DNA of 64,000 nt from Macrostomum lignano (Eukaryota), in NCBI GenBank assembly GCA_002269645.1, contig NIVC01000269.1, positions 496,001 through 560,000 on the forward strand, in the 5' to 3' direction. Shown piece after piece: positions 31,953 to 64,000 of the stretch. The translations under genes and the position numbers were made by a program. Each line of letters opens with the position of its first letter. The stretch's first letter is position 1. The notes under the pieces are model-generated. The model saw nothing but the letters and a program-made list of their open reading frames with translations. It had not been told where the DNA came from and ran no database searches.

Positions 31953-33139
31953 TGGGATATGATTTATTTCAGACAATAGCGCGGAGGGTGGGTGGATGGA
32001 AAGGGAGTGGGGTGGGTGTATGGAGTGAGTCATCAGATGAATCATAGGTGGAGAGGGGCCAGGATATCCTGGATTGAGATTTGCGCATAGCGAACTCTGG
32101 GGAAATTACATAAAAAAATCTAGTTCACTGAGACACAAATAACAACTAGCTTTAGCCATTAATCCACAGGACGGCTGTTCCACACGTTCACGCGACTTGC
32201 TTTCCCACCTTTATTACCTTTACACCCCTCGCAATCTTTGAATTAGCTTGGAATAAGTCTTTCGCATGAGGGATGTTGACTTTCTATCTTTGCACAGTCT
32301 GCAAATAACCGGGTAAATGAATGGAATACGACTAGCCATAATAGGACAGAGTGTACTTATTTTAGCTGGGTAAGCTAGTAGACGATATGTTGCGTTATAA
32401 ACTTATTATAGCATCAAGAGTGTAAAGGCGAGAGATGGATAAATAAAAGAACAATAGAAACACTTATTTCAAATAAAAGTTAGCTAAAGTGCATCACAGC
32501 TATGCAATACGAGCTAAACATCGCCCTAATTAATTTATATTTTGTGGACAGATTCAGTTACTCGTAAAAAAACTTATTCAGCCATTCTGAAATTAATTTT
32601 CACTACTATGAATAGAATTAAGTAAGCGCATGCGACATCAAAAACTTAGCAAAAATACAAGCAAGAAAAAAATAAGTCGATAGGTTTTAATTATTACAGG
32701 TTAAATTAAAGTTAAGAGAAAATCTGTTTTCATTTCGCTGAAACCAGTCAGCGAAAATATAATCAAGAAGATAACAACAAAATTTTAATTTATTTCGCAT
32801 CGCTGAGACTTGCTTAATGAGCAGAAAAAGAGCGCAAAGGGAAACTATTTGCATACAATAAATTATAAAATTGGATTTAAATTGGTTAAATTGAAATCGA
32901 ATTTATCTGGCTACTATTAGTAGATAAGAAGAGCTTTTGCTAGAGCAAAATTGTAATTAGGAGAGTTTTAATTAGCAATAAGAAGGCGTATACAATTAAA
33001 TGTATGCAGAAATAAATGTACATTATTAGTTTTTATAAATTTTTTATATCGCGAAACAAACCGCAGTCAGTTCTATTCACAAAAATAGAATAGAAAAATA
33101 GAACGAGCTACAAAACTTCCTACCCGCAGTTAAGTGGGT

Positions 33140-33566
33140 GAGTCACGCTTATCAGTTTTCTAGCGGGCCTCTCGACCTCAAACCTCCATCCTTACCCAGC
33201 TTTATCGCCGCTAAGTGGGGTGGGTGGTGCTTATCAGTTTTCTAGCGGACCTCTCGACCAAACCCTCTCTCCTTCCTACCCCAGTTTTATCGCCGCTAAG
33301 TGGGGTGGGTGGTGCTTATCAGTTTTCTAGCGGACCTCTCGAACCCAACCCCTCCTTCCTACCCCAGTTTTATCACCGCTAAGTGGGGTGGGTGGTGCTT
33401 ATCAGTTTTCTAGCGGACCTCTCGAACCCACCCCCTCCTTCCTACCCCAGTTTTATCGCCGCTAAGTGGGGTGGGTGGTGCTTATCAGTTTTCTAGCGGA
33501 CCTCTCGACCGCAACCCTCCCTCCTTCCTACCCCCAGTTTTATCACCGCTAAGTGGGGTGGGTGGT
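33140..33566. repeat. ~72-bp tandem repeat, ~6 copies
   Basis: Conserved GCTTATCAGTTTTCTAGCGGACCTCTCGA and TACCCCAGTTTTATCGCCGCTAAGTGGGGTGGGTGGT blocks around a variable C/T-rich linker. Confidence 0.9.
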
Positions 33567-34246
33567 TTCGTTAATCGATTATTTCATTTAATTTCAAACG
33601 CAACTATTCATGCCTCGCTTGGCTAACAATGTACATTTCGTTTCTTTAATTTCTTTATAGTGCGCAACATATAATAATAATAACGGGACCAAATTTTTCC
33701 TTTCGTCGAAAGAATATTTCATATCACAGTGGATTTGAGGAGAAAATAAAGAATTAACTTTGCACGAAAATATATAAACGCTAATATTAGCAGCTTTCTA
33801 CTTAAAGCAAGTAGTATGTTACTGTTTACATAATTATACGCTTAGAAAATCTAAATTTACGATTATTCAAAACTAATTCAAAAGGGAATGTAGATACGTT
33901 TAAATAAATAAGTGAATCTGTTTAACACAGCAGAAGCCTTTATCGAACAAGACGAATCAAGACTCAACACAAGAGACCTGGAGATCTGATCTGATATTAA
34001 AACAAGTTCGTAATCAATAAACAAAAAATTAAAGGACGGCATGTACTTAAAATGGACGGAATGTACCTGAAATAGGCCGGATGAAGGAACAGGAATGTAC
34101 CAAAAACAAAATAATGTACAGAACGACAATCTAGCTTTAATTCGATAGTTTCAGAATAAAAAATCTATCTGTCTGTCAGTCCGTTTATCGGGCCAGCCGT
34201 TACCCCACTCGAGCATCTAAACTTCTTATCCCCCAACGCGACTCCT

Positions 34247-46073
<11,827 letters not shown>

Positions 46074-46209
46074 CACCCAGGCGCTGCGGCAACTGGCATA
46101 AATTTTTTATTTATCGGTTAAATTACTTTACTACTCTACTGATATCAGGAGTAAGTAGTCTATATAGATTTAAGAAATGTTTGTGAGTACAGGTTCTTAC
46201 GTGTCTAGC

Positions 46210-46790
46210 TACCCTAGATACCCTCTAGATACCCTCTAGATATTCAAGATACCCTAGATACCCTCTAGATACCCAAGATACCATCTAGATGCCCAAGATA
46301 CCATCTAGATGCCCAAGATACCATCTAGATACCCAAGATACCCTCTAAATATCCTAGATACCCTCTAGATACCCTCTAGATACCCTAGATGCCCAAGATA
46401 CCCTCTAGATACCCAAGATGCCCAAGATACCCTCTAGATACCCAAGATACCATCTAGATACCCAAGATACCATCTCGATACCCTAGCTATCGTCTAAATA
46501 CCCTAGCTACCATCTAAATAACCCAGCTAACATCTAAATACCCTAGCTACCATCTGAATATCCTAGCTACCATCTGAATACCCTAGCTACCATCTGAATA
46601 CCCTAGCTACCATCTGAATACCCTAGCTACCATCTGAATACCCTAGCTACCATCTGAATACCCTAGCTACTATTTGAATACCCTAGCTACCATCTGAATA
46701 CCCTAGCTACCATCTAAATACCCTAGCTACTTTCTACATAGCTAACTACCATCTTACATACCATAGCTACCCACTACAAATACCGCTTAA
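46210..46790. repeat. Compound array GATACCCTCTA / AATACCCTAGCTACCATCTG between Asterix and AHI1
   Basis: 9-11-bp then 20-bp units. Confidence 0.88.
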
Positions 46791-47025
46791 GTAGATATTT
46801 TAAATACATGGAGACCTTAACTCTTAAGGTTCCAATATATAAAAATAAAACAATGAACCGAAACAATACAGCCCTATTTAATTAAACTCAAACTGAAATT
46901 ATTGCTGTCAATTAGTTACTGTTTATATTTTTTAATATTAATATACTAACAGATTAACAGATTACACAGAACTGGAGACAAATAGTTAATAAACGCTCGT
47001 AGCAATAAAACTGTCAATCAATCTG

Positions 47026-50000
47026 TCAGTAAGACAGGAAGGGCAAAGTCATCGGCTGGGGATTCTGCAGATAGGAGATGACAACAGCGGAGATTGACAG
47101 CATAAATGAGCTGAGAATTTGTTTCGTATCCTCGCTAGAACGACTGTTAGCGAAGCTCACGAACGCGCAGAACACAGCCATCCAACTGGCCCACTTCACT
47201 TTCAGCATGAGGCCGCACATGCTGAACACCATTCCTAGCAGGTTCATCGTGTCCGGGGTGGTGTCCGATGGCATGGAGTCAGCTGGCGGAGGCTGGAACC
47301 TGTTTTGGGTTTGTGAGAATTGGGAGCGCAAGTTATGCAAATTTACAGTTGCATATTTTAATTGACTTCGCAAATGGAACACTGCGTTGAAGATTTTTAA
47401 AGGGGTGGGGTGCTTAATGAGGATGAGGTGCTAAATAAGGATGGGGTGCTTAATGAGGATGGGATGCTTAATGAGGATGGGTGAGGTGCTTAATGAGGAT
47501 GAGGTGAGGTGCTTAATGAGGATGAGGTGAGGTGCTTAATGAGGATGAGGTGCTTAATAAGGATGGGGTGCTTAATGAGGATGAGGTGAGGTGCTTAATG
47601 AGGATGAGGTGAGGTGCTAAATGAGGATGAGGTGAGGTGCTTAATGAGGATGAGGTGCTTAATAAGGATGGGGTGCTTAATGAGGATGAGGTGAGGTGCT
47701 TAATGAGGATGAGGTGAGGTGCTTAATGAGGACATGCTTGGGCGCAACCTAGGGATTCACCCGGCCGTTTCTATTGGCAACACACACATGTAAGTCGCTA
47801 TTGGACGGAATAGTAGTCACGTGACTGCTCTCAGCCAATGGCGACTTACATGTGTGTGTTGCCAATAGAAACGGCCGAGTGATTCCCAAGGTTGCGCATG
47901 TATGAATGAGGATGAGGTGAGGTGCTTAATGAGGATGAGGTGAGGTGCTTAATGAGGATGAGGTGCGTAATAAGGATGGGGTGCTTAATGAGGATGAGGT
48001 GCTTAATGAGGATGAGGTGCTTAATGAGGATGAGGTGCTTAATGAGGATGAGGTGAGGTGCTTAATGAGGATGAGGTGACGTACTTAAAGAAAATGGGGT
48101 GAGGTGCTTAATGAGAATGAGGTGAGGTGCTTATTAAGGATGAGGTGAGGTGCTCAATGAGGATGTGGTGAGCTGCTTAATGAGGATGGGGTGAGGTGCT
48201 TAATGAGGATGAGGTGAGGTGCTTAATGAGGATGAGGTGAGGTGCTTAATGAGGATGAGGTGAGGTGCTCAATGAGGATGAGGTGAGCTGCTTATTGAGG
48301 ATGGGGTGCTTAATGAAGATAGGGTGAGGTGTTATTTTATGTTGCACAAAGTGTGCCAGGGTGCACACAACCCCCCTGCCTCTAATAAAAAAGAGATGCT
48401 TAATATGCTTGATGAAGATGGAATGCTCAATGAGGATGAGTTGAGGTGCTTAATGAGGATGGGTATTTAATGAGGATGAGGAGTTTAAAGACTAAAGGGG
48501 GCTAAAGACTTTTTGGAAACAAGTATAAACACTAGGGATAATGGCTTTAATGGCAAAAGGGAATAAAACAAAATAGAAATAAAGAAAATGTATTTTAAGA
48601 CAAGCTTACAGTTATTTAAAACTAAAAAATATATAAGTCTAAATTACAGACTTTTGGATACAATAACAACATAACTTGTTGATAAAAGTTGAATAGTAAA
48701 TATTATAAATGAATTTAAATGATCTTTTATGCTAAAAGGAAAGTTGTTGGGCAGTAGTTTACTTTAACAAATAACTTGAAAAAATTGGAATTTTAAAAAA
48801 TGAATTAAATATTTGGCATATTAAATCTCTGGAGGTTTTGCTTTTATATGATATCAAAATAAATTCCAATTGGACTGATTAATAATTAATAAAGGACGCT
48901 TCTAATAATTTATGCATTATACCACTTAGATAAAACAAGTTTTATTACATTTGTTTTAAATTTAATCAAAGTTTTCTTGCCCTTATAAGCAAAAAAAATT
49001 TTTATACATGTTGGAAATAAAAGATAGCCAGGCTAATCCAATGATTTTTTTAAGAAACCACTATTTAATTTTTGGCACTAGCACTAGGCCTAGTATACTT
49101 TAGTTAAAAACTACTTATTGGTATGTATTAGAATTTTTTACCTTACAAAATGCACAATTTTCAAATATGTATATATAGGCCTATGAAAATTAGTCAGATT
49201 CATTGGATTACTTATTATTATTATTACAATTTTGTAACAAAAGTAAACTTAGAATAGAATTTGCAACTAGACTCAGTGGCAGATCCAAGGATTTTTTAAG
49301 TAGGAGGGCATTCCTAGGCAGATTGGCCCCACTTTTTGGGTTGGCCCAAAATATGCTTTAAATAAGCCAAGAATTGCAATACTCTCTCCTTATAGGCCTA
49401 TACAAGTTCAGCCATGGCAAAAGAAGGGGGCAGCCACCCCCATCCCTCTTTGTATCTGCCATTGACTAGACTAGGCTTGTTAGATAAACTAAGTTGAATT
49501 TTTATTAAAACTAAGTTGCAAGTTCAATATTATAATTAATAAAAAACATATTTAAAATTAAATATTATTAATATTAATTATATCAAAATAAGATAGTTAT
49601 ATAGTTAATAACTAATTTGAAATATAACCAACAGGACAATAATAGCTCTGTATACAAGTCTACTATGCTCTATATTATGTTGAGTGCATGCTAGAATACA
49701 TGCTAGAAAGTAGGGCCTATTAATGCTGTCTTCTGGAGTGTAGACTGTCTATTCAATGTGTATCTAAAATGAAACTTTTAATGGCCCTCATCAGCCATGG
49801 CCAAAAAAATCAGGCATATACTTTTTGGTCTGTAACAATGCAAGGCAAATTTTTCAATATTGGGTTGAGTTGTAGTACTTGGTATAGTATACCTTGCCGC
49901 CCCCTTGAAAATTTTCTTGATCCGCCCCTGATCTGCTGCCAATTTTTTAAATAGTTTTCTATGCAAACATGTCATACTTCTTTTTTTCTGCTTCATATAT

Positions 50001-50115
50001 GATAATATAATTGATCCACTTAGAAAGTTAATACCGATACCCGAAACATACACAATATATTAGCAATTAATTACCTGACTACTTTGTTAGGGCGACGTGG
50101 ATCATTTGGATTCAT
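47026..50115 (-). CDS. WDR83OS: PAT complex subunit Asterix (WDR83OS), 104 aa; complement(join(47026..47299,50075..50115))
   Basis: Exon 1 [14 protein letters not shown] joins in phase 2 to [83 protein letters not shown], close to the human Asterix sequence as recalled. Confidence 0.96.
47410..48480. repeat. 18/23-bp array (GTGCTTAATGAGGATGAGGTGAG), Asterix intron
   Basis: Tandem units, interrupted by the hairpin MITE. Confidence 0.93.
47733..47904. mobile_element. 172-bp hairpin MITE candidate inserted in a minisatellite within the Asterix intron
   Basis: 63-bp inverted arms (47742-47804 / 47835-47897, 59/63 matches), central palindrome AGTCACGTGACT, flanked by an 8-bp duplication AATGAGGA (47725-47732 / 47905-47912), which is the hAT-type TSD length. 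Confidence 0.72.
49274..49464. mobile_element. 191-bp non-autonomous hAT-type MITE
   Basis: Perfect 8-bp TSD ACTAGACT (49266-49273 / 49465-49472). Imperfect TIRs CAGTGGCAGATCCAAG vs CAATGGCAGATACAAA (reverse complement of the right end). Confidence 0.85.
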
Positions 50116-51085
50116 ATTTCAAGTCAAACGGTGTCTCAGTGTCTGCTGTGCGTGAAGTAATATGAAATCAAGATTTAACTCCGTTCAAACAAGCTAATTT
50201 TAGAGACCTATATCCAACAAAGATTTTGGAATCTGTGCCACTCTCGAATTGATAAAGCACAATGGTCGATAGGTCGATGTGTCGATGGGATAGTAATTTC
50301 AGGAAAATGAAATATTCAACGCCCTTGGATTAAATTCTTCCGCTCGCAACGTAAACAAATTTGTTAGTAAAACAAAGTCTAAAAATTTCTGGTAAAACAT
50401 ACGGCTTATATTGTAATTATGCTTTGCATATTTTTTTAAAACTCTTGGAATTTATTTTACAAATTATATATTTCATTCTTTTTTACTCTTTGCGTGGTGA
50501 AGTACATGTACATAACTACTGAAAAGTATTAAACCTAAACATTGATCTGTAAGAGTTATTACGTAATCATATCGCTTAAAACTTAAAGAGACAAACGAAA
50601 TTTTCAAACTAATGAAATAGTTTGAATTTAAATAGTTTTGAATCCAAATGAATAAAGATAGTGAAATGTCTGAAATAGAATAGTCTACGGAACTGAAGAA
50701 ACACTCATTTATTTTGTACTTTAGAGGCTATTATTATTGGCTGACTGGACGCGGACTAAAATTCAAAATACGTACACTTACACATGCGTATCATGTTTTC
50801 AATTTTATTTCACTTCCTTTAAGCGATGGTTCGTATTTCGAATTTTATTTCATTTTGTCCGCTAGAAATCGTAACTTTGCCTGAATATTGCATTGCTTTG
50901 ACTCGTGACATGACTAATAAGAAAGAACAATACAATCATCACAAAGAAAGGTATACAGTGTAAATATACATGTAGAAAGTAATTAACTCTAACTCATTTT
51001 TCCATGTAGCTCGTAAATTCTTCGTAGGTCGTTGTGAAAATAATTAAAAGCCGGCATATCACACATGATTCTTTACACTTTAATT

Positions 51086-53268
51086 TTACAGCCGCACCGA
51101 CTGTTCCCCGACCGTGTAGCCAACAGAGGAATACTTCGACGCGAATCCCTCCGTAACTGAGGTAGAAGATGAGCAGTCAGATCGTCGGCAGCAGAAGGAG
51201 CGGCACAGAATTCGACCCACCGCCCGTCGATAGGCCCGATTTGTCCTCAGCAGCACCAGCCAGTTAGTCGCCTGACTGAGCAGCAGAGCAACTTGTCCCA
51301 CGTCGCCAATGTTAAACAGCATCCGCAGAAGGCGATCCTGACCTTCGCCAGCGAACAGCACGATGTACAGCACGTAGAACGCCGAGACGCAAACTGGCAG
51401 GGCGCAGATGAAAAACACCATCGACAGTGTCAGGACCGTCACCGACTGGCGGATCTCCTTCCGCGGGACAGTGCCTGACGTTGAGGACTGCAAGCTTCGA
51501 CGATGGCGAAGGATTGATACAACACGGCGAAGTAGGATGCTGTTTAAGACCAGCAGGATCATAACCTGCGCGGGAGGATTAAAGGAAAATAAATTAACTT
51601 TCCGCGTTCTTTGAGACTAATCTAATCTACACTGTACTTTTTGCTATTGAGCAACATAATAAAGTAGATATGATTTTTTATAGTGGCTCCATGTGTTGGT
51701 CACACTTCAGCACCCAATTCTCCTTCTAAAGCAACCAGATTCCCCTTAAGCATTCAATCCTTGTTAAGCACCCCATCCTCATTAAGCACCTCATCCTCAT
51801 TAGGCACTTCCATTCTCATTAAAAACCTCATTCTCATTAAGCACCCAATCCTCATTAAACGGTCCCATCCTTATTAAGCACCCCATCCTCATTAAGAATT
51901 CCATCCTCATTAAGAATTCCATCCTCATTAAGAATTCCATCCTCATTAAGAATTCCATCCTCATTAAGAATTCCATCCTCATTAAGAATTCCATCCTCAT
52001 TAAGAATTCCATCCTCATTAAGAATTCCATCCTCATTAAGAATTCCATCCTCATTAAGCACCCCATCCTCATTAAGCATCCCATCCTCATTAAGCACCCC
52101 ATCCTCATTAAGCACTCCATCCTCATTAAGCATCCCATCCTCATTAAGCACCTCATCCTCATTAAGCACCCCATCCTCATTAAGCACCCCATCCTCATTA
52201 AGCACCCCATCCTCATTAAGCACCCCATCCTTATTAAGCACCCCATCCTCATTAAGCACCCCATCCTCATTAAGCACCCCATCCTCATTAAGCACCCCAT
52301 ACTCATTAAGCACCCCATCCTCATTAAGCACCCCATCCTTATTAAGCACCCCATACTCATTAAGCACCCCATCCTCATTAAGCACCCCATCCTTATTAAG
52401 CACCCCATCCTCATTAAGTACCTCACCCCATCCTCATTAAGCACCCCATACTCATTCTGCTTAAGCGCCCCTGAGAATGGATCATAGCTGCACAAATGCA
52501 GCTACCAAAAACATTGCCACAAAAACAGCAGTTACAAGAGCTCAAAAAAGCAAATGAAAAGGCCAACCAAACCTGCAGCATTGGTGGCTGGCTAATCAAA
52601 GCCGCATGCACGGTCATCCACATCTGCAGTCGTCTGCCAAAGTGCGGCACCGGCAAGCACGCAACTTTCCCTCCGCTGTCTGGCGCCGAATACCAGCCGT
52701 AGAGCGCTGGAAAAGGCGCGCACAGCGCCACAGATGCTGCGCCAACGCCGGCACAGCATCGCCAAGCTGCGCGCGAGCCGAACTGACGAAATCGAAAAGG
52801 AAATTTCAGCGCCAGAACTCGATCGATAGCCATGGCTAGAAACAGATTAGCGGCTAAGCAGTGCGCCAGATTGTGAGCCAGGCGGAAACATCGACAAGCG
52901 GCGTCGCTGGCGTTCATGACGAAATAGCCGAGTTGGCCGCGGGAGAGCCATGGCAAACCCTTGGCCGGGAACTGCCAGCCGAGACCCCAGATTAACAGAT
53001 TAGCGCTATCAGCTGCGGCCATTGCAGTCAAATAAACACTTTGCCGACTTGAAGGTTGAATAACGCTTAAAAATGTATAGACAATCAGAGCGTTGCCTAG
53101 GAGACCAACAATGCTAATTAGTGGAGCTAAGAATGCATCAAGAGCGCCTAAGATTGTTGAAGCGATGCAGAACGGCTGCATGGAGGTGTCGTTTGAAGCG
53201 CAGTCGCGAAGTAGATCTGTGAGAGAGTCTAAAAACTGCAGACTACTGCCGTTGCGGCTGGTGTCCAT
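51086..53268 (-). CDS. Rhodopsin-like (class A) orphan GPCR, ~391 aa; complement(join(51086..51565,52573..53268))
   Basis: Seven hydrophobic segments, TM1 GLLGN, TM2 LTAMAAAD, DRV in place of DRY, N-glycosylation sites (NGS, NDT) in the N-terminus, and a phase-0 GT-AG intron within TM5. TM7 has TNWLVL rather than NPxxY. Ligand unknown. Confidence 0.88.
51765..52455. repeat. 18-bp array (GCACCCCATCCTCATTAA), GPCR intron; reverse complement of the 47410-48480 family
   Basis: Reverse complement TTAATGAGGATGGGGTGC occurs verbatim in the 47410-48480 array. Confidence 0.95.
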
Positions 53269-53339
53269 TGACTGCGGCGCTGCTGTGTCTGTGAAGGATT
53301 AGGTGAAATATACTGACTGACAGGCTGCAGCTTGGATCT

Positions 53340-53500
53340 TTAACAGGTAAATCTACCTGTATAACAGGTAAAGATACCTGTCTAACAGGTGAAGATACCT
53401 GTATAACAGGTTAAGATACCTGCCTAACAGGTTAAGATACCTGCCTAACAGGTTAAGATACCTAAATAACAGGTGAAGATAACTTGTCTAACAAGTGCAG
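53340..53500. repeat. ~21-bp self-complementary units (ACAGGT-N6-ACCTG)
   Basis: About 7 degenerate copies upstream of the GPCR start. Confidence 0.75.
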
Positions 53501-54104
53501 ATAATCTTAGAACAAACTTACACGTATGTAATTATCCAACAGGATCCAACACGCCTTCCTTCCACGCATATTAATTAAGAGTTTAGTCTTTTATATATAG
53601 AAGATGGAATTGTCTTTAACTCAGATAGGTTAATAGCTCATAATACTATTGGATTAGGCTCTTGATAATCTTGATTGTACTCATATCAATCAACACTTTC
53701 AGACCCTAAAACTCCCAAAATTTTCATGACCATTGTTTTACTCTATTTGCTCAAAATTGAATGCCTGCGTTTATTGTTGTTATAAATTTTATTGGCAGTC
53801 AAAACAGGCCAGTTGATAGCAGATAATTAGAAGCAATATTACTGTCAATCATTTTCTTGCGTTCATTGCTCTTCAGTACGAGTTTGCGTGTAGTTTTTAT
53901 TTTTCGATTATTTATTTCATGTAACTTACTAAAAGTAGTGATGTGCGATTGATTTTTTGATGATAATTTAAAAAATAATTCTGTGTGCTGCAGCTAGCTG
54001 ACGTTGAAGATATTGTAGGTGATCTAGGGGTTACCAGTTCTGAAGAAACAAAGGGCATCAGTTCTGAAAGCCCTGAGGCCCTGAAGGAACTGAACACAAG
54101 GCCA

Positions 54105-55392
54105 TGGACACAAGATCATGGACACACGACACAAGATCTTAGACACAAAACATTTGACATAGGACTAAGGACACAAGACCATAGACACAAGACCATGGAC
54201 ACAAGACCATAGACACAAAACCATGGAAACAAGACCATGGACACAAGACTATGGACACAAGACCATAGACACAAGACCATAGACACAAGACCATAGACAC
54301 AAGACCATGGACACAAGACCATGGACACAAGACCATAGACACAAGACCATGGACACAAGACCATAGACACAAGACCATAGACACAAGACCATAGACACAA
54401 GACCATGGACACAAGACCATAGACACAAGACCATAGACACAAGACCATAGACACAAGACCATAGACACAAGACCATGGACAAAAGACCATAGACACAAGA
54501 CCATGGACACAAGACCATGGACACAAGACCATAGACACAAGACCATAGACACAAGACCATAGACACAAGACCATGGACACAAGACCATAGACACAAGACC
54601 ATAGACACAAGACCATAGACACAAGACCATGGACACAAGACCATGGACAAAAGACCATGGACAAAAGACCATAGACACAAGACCATGGACACAAGACCAT
54701 AGACACAAGACCATAGACACAAGACCATAGACACAAGACCATAGACACAAGACCATAGACACAAGACCATGGACACAAGACCATAGACACAAGACCATAG
54801 ACACAAGACCATGGACACAAGACCATAGACACAAGACCATAGACACAAGACCATAGACACAAGACCATGGACACAAGACCATGGACACAAGACCATGGAC
54901 AAAAGACCATAGACACAAGACCATGGACACAAGACCATAGACACAAGACCATAGACACAAGACCATAGACACAAGACCATAGACACAAGACCATAGACAC
55001 TAGACCATGGACACAAGACCATAGACACAAGACCATAGACACAAGACCATAGACACAAGACCATGGACACAAGACCATAGACACAAGACCATAGACACAA
55101 GACCAAAGACACAAGACCATGGACACAAGACCATGGACACAAGACCATGGACACAAGACCATAGACACAAGACCATAGACACAAGACCATAGACACAAGA
55201 CCATAGACACAAGACCATAGACACAAGACCATGGACACAAGACCATAGACACAAGACCATAGACACAAGACCATAGACACAAGATCATAGACACAAGACC
55301 ATAGACACAAGACCATAGACACAAGACCATAGACACAAGACCATAGACGCAAGACCATGGACACAAGACCATAGACGCAAGACCATAGACAC
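54105..55392. repeat. 14-bp array (GACCATRGACACAA), ~90 copies
   Basis: Tandem units with an A/G variable site. Confidence 0.97.
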
Positions 55393-55743
55393 CATTTCAA
55401 CGTGAACTGGTCACCAGAGCATTACCTGAGCGGTTAGAAATGTTGTACCAGCCACCCCCAGACAGCCACCTCAATCCGCACTCGAACCCATGGTCTCAGT
55501 GAGCAATGTGCGGTAACAATCCAGCCGAGATAAGGCTCCAATTAGCTAGCTCCACCACCCCATCACCCCTCGCGCGCATCGTTTCGTCTCTAATTGGCTG
55601 GCCACATCTGCTCGGAAATGGAGCCAAATCTTTAGCGATAAAAGTGGCTGTAGGAATCAGCACCGTCTGATTCTCATCTGATTCTCATCTGATTCTCATC
55701 TGATTCTCATCCGCCTCTTTGAACACATTGCCTGCAAGGAGCG

Positions 55744-63894
<8,151 letters not shown>

Positions 63895-64000
63895 GTAAAT
63901 GCGGTCTGTGGTGCTTCTGTTTGAATTAAGTTGCTGTTTGTTATAATAAACAATTGATAGATTGATATACGTATTTAAGTTTTTTCATTCAACGTCGAAA

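Overview
This is eukaryotic, intron-rich DNA, not prokaryotic. Short (~50 nt) and minisatellite-filled introns, poly-Ala/Gln coding tracts and a flatworm-style orphan GPCR suggest a Macrostomum-like flatworm (inference). Six spliced genes were reconstructed by hand with consistent exon phases: (1) an EGF-less Delta-like Notch ligand (minus, 971-4980); (2) RREB1/hindsight zinc-finger paralog A (minus, 7933-27490), whose big exon carries a 1-bp deletion near 10835; (3) AHI1/Jouberin (minus, 34247-46073); (4) Asterix/WDR83OS (minus, 47026-50115); (5) an orphan rhodopsin-like GPCR (minus, 51086-53268); (6) RREB1 paralog B (plus, 55744 to beyond the window end), with the same exon architecture as A. 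About 35 tandem-repeat arrays fill the introns and intergenic space, and several families recur in direct or inverted orientation. Two short hAT-type MITE candidates sit in the Asterix intron; one is a near-perfect hairpin carrying X-box-like, CCAAT and E-box motifs. No rRNA, tRNA or CRISPR array was found. Most long ORFs in the track are read-throughs of repeats. Repeat boundaries are approximate.
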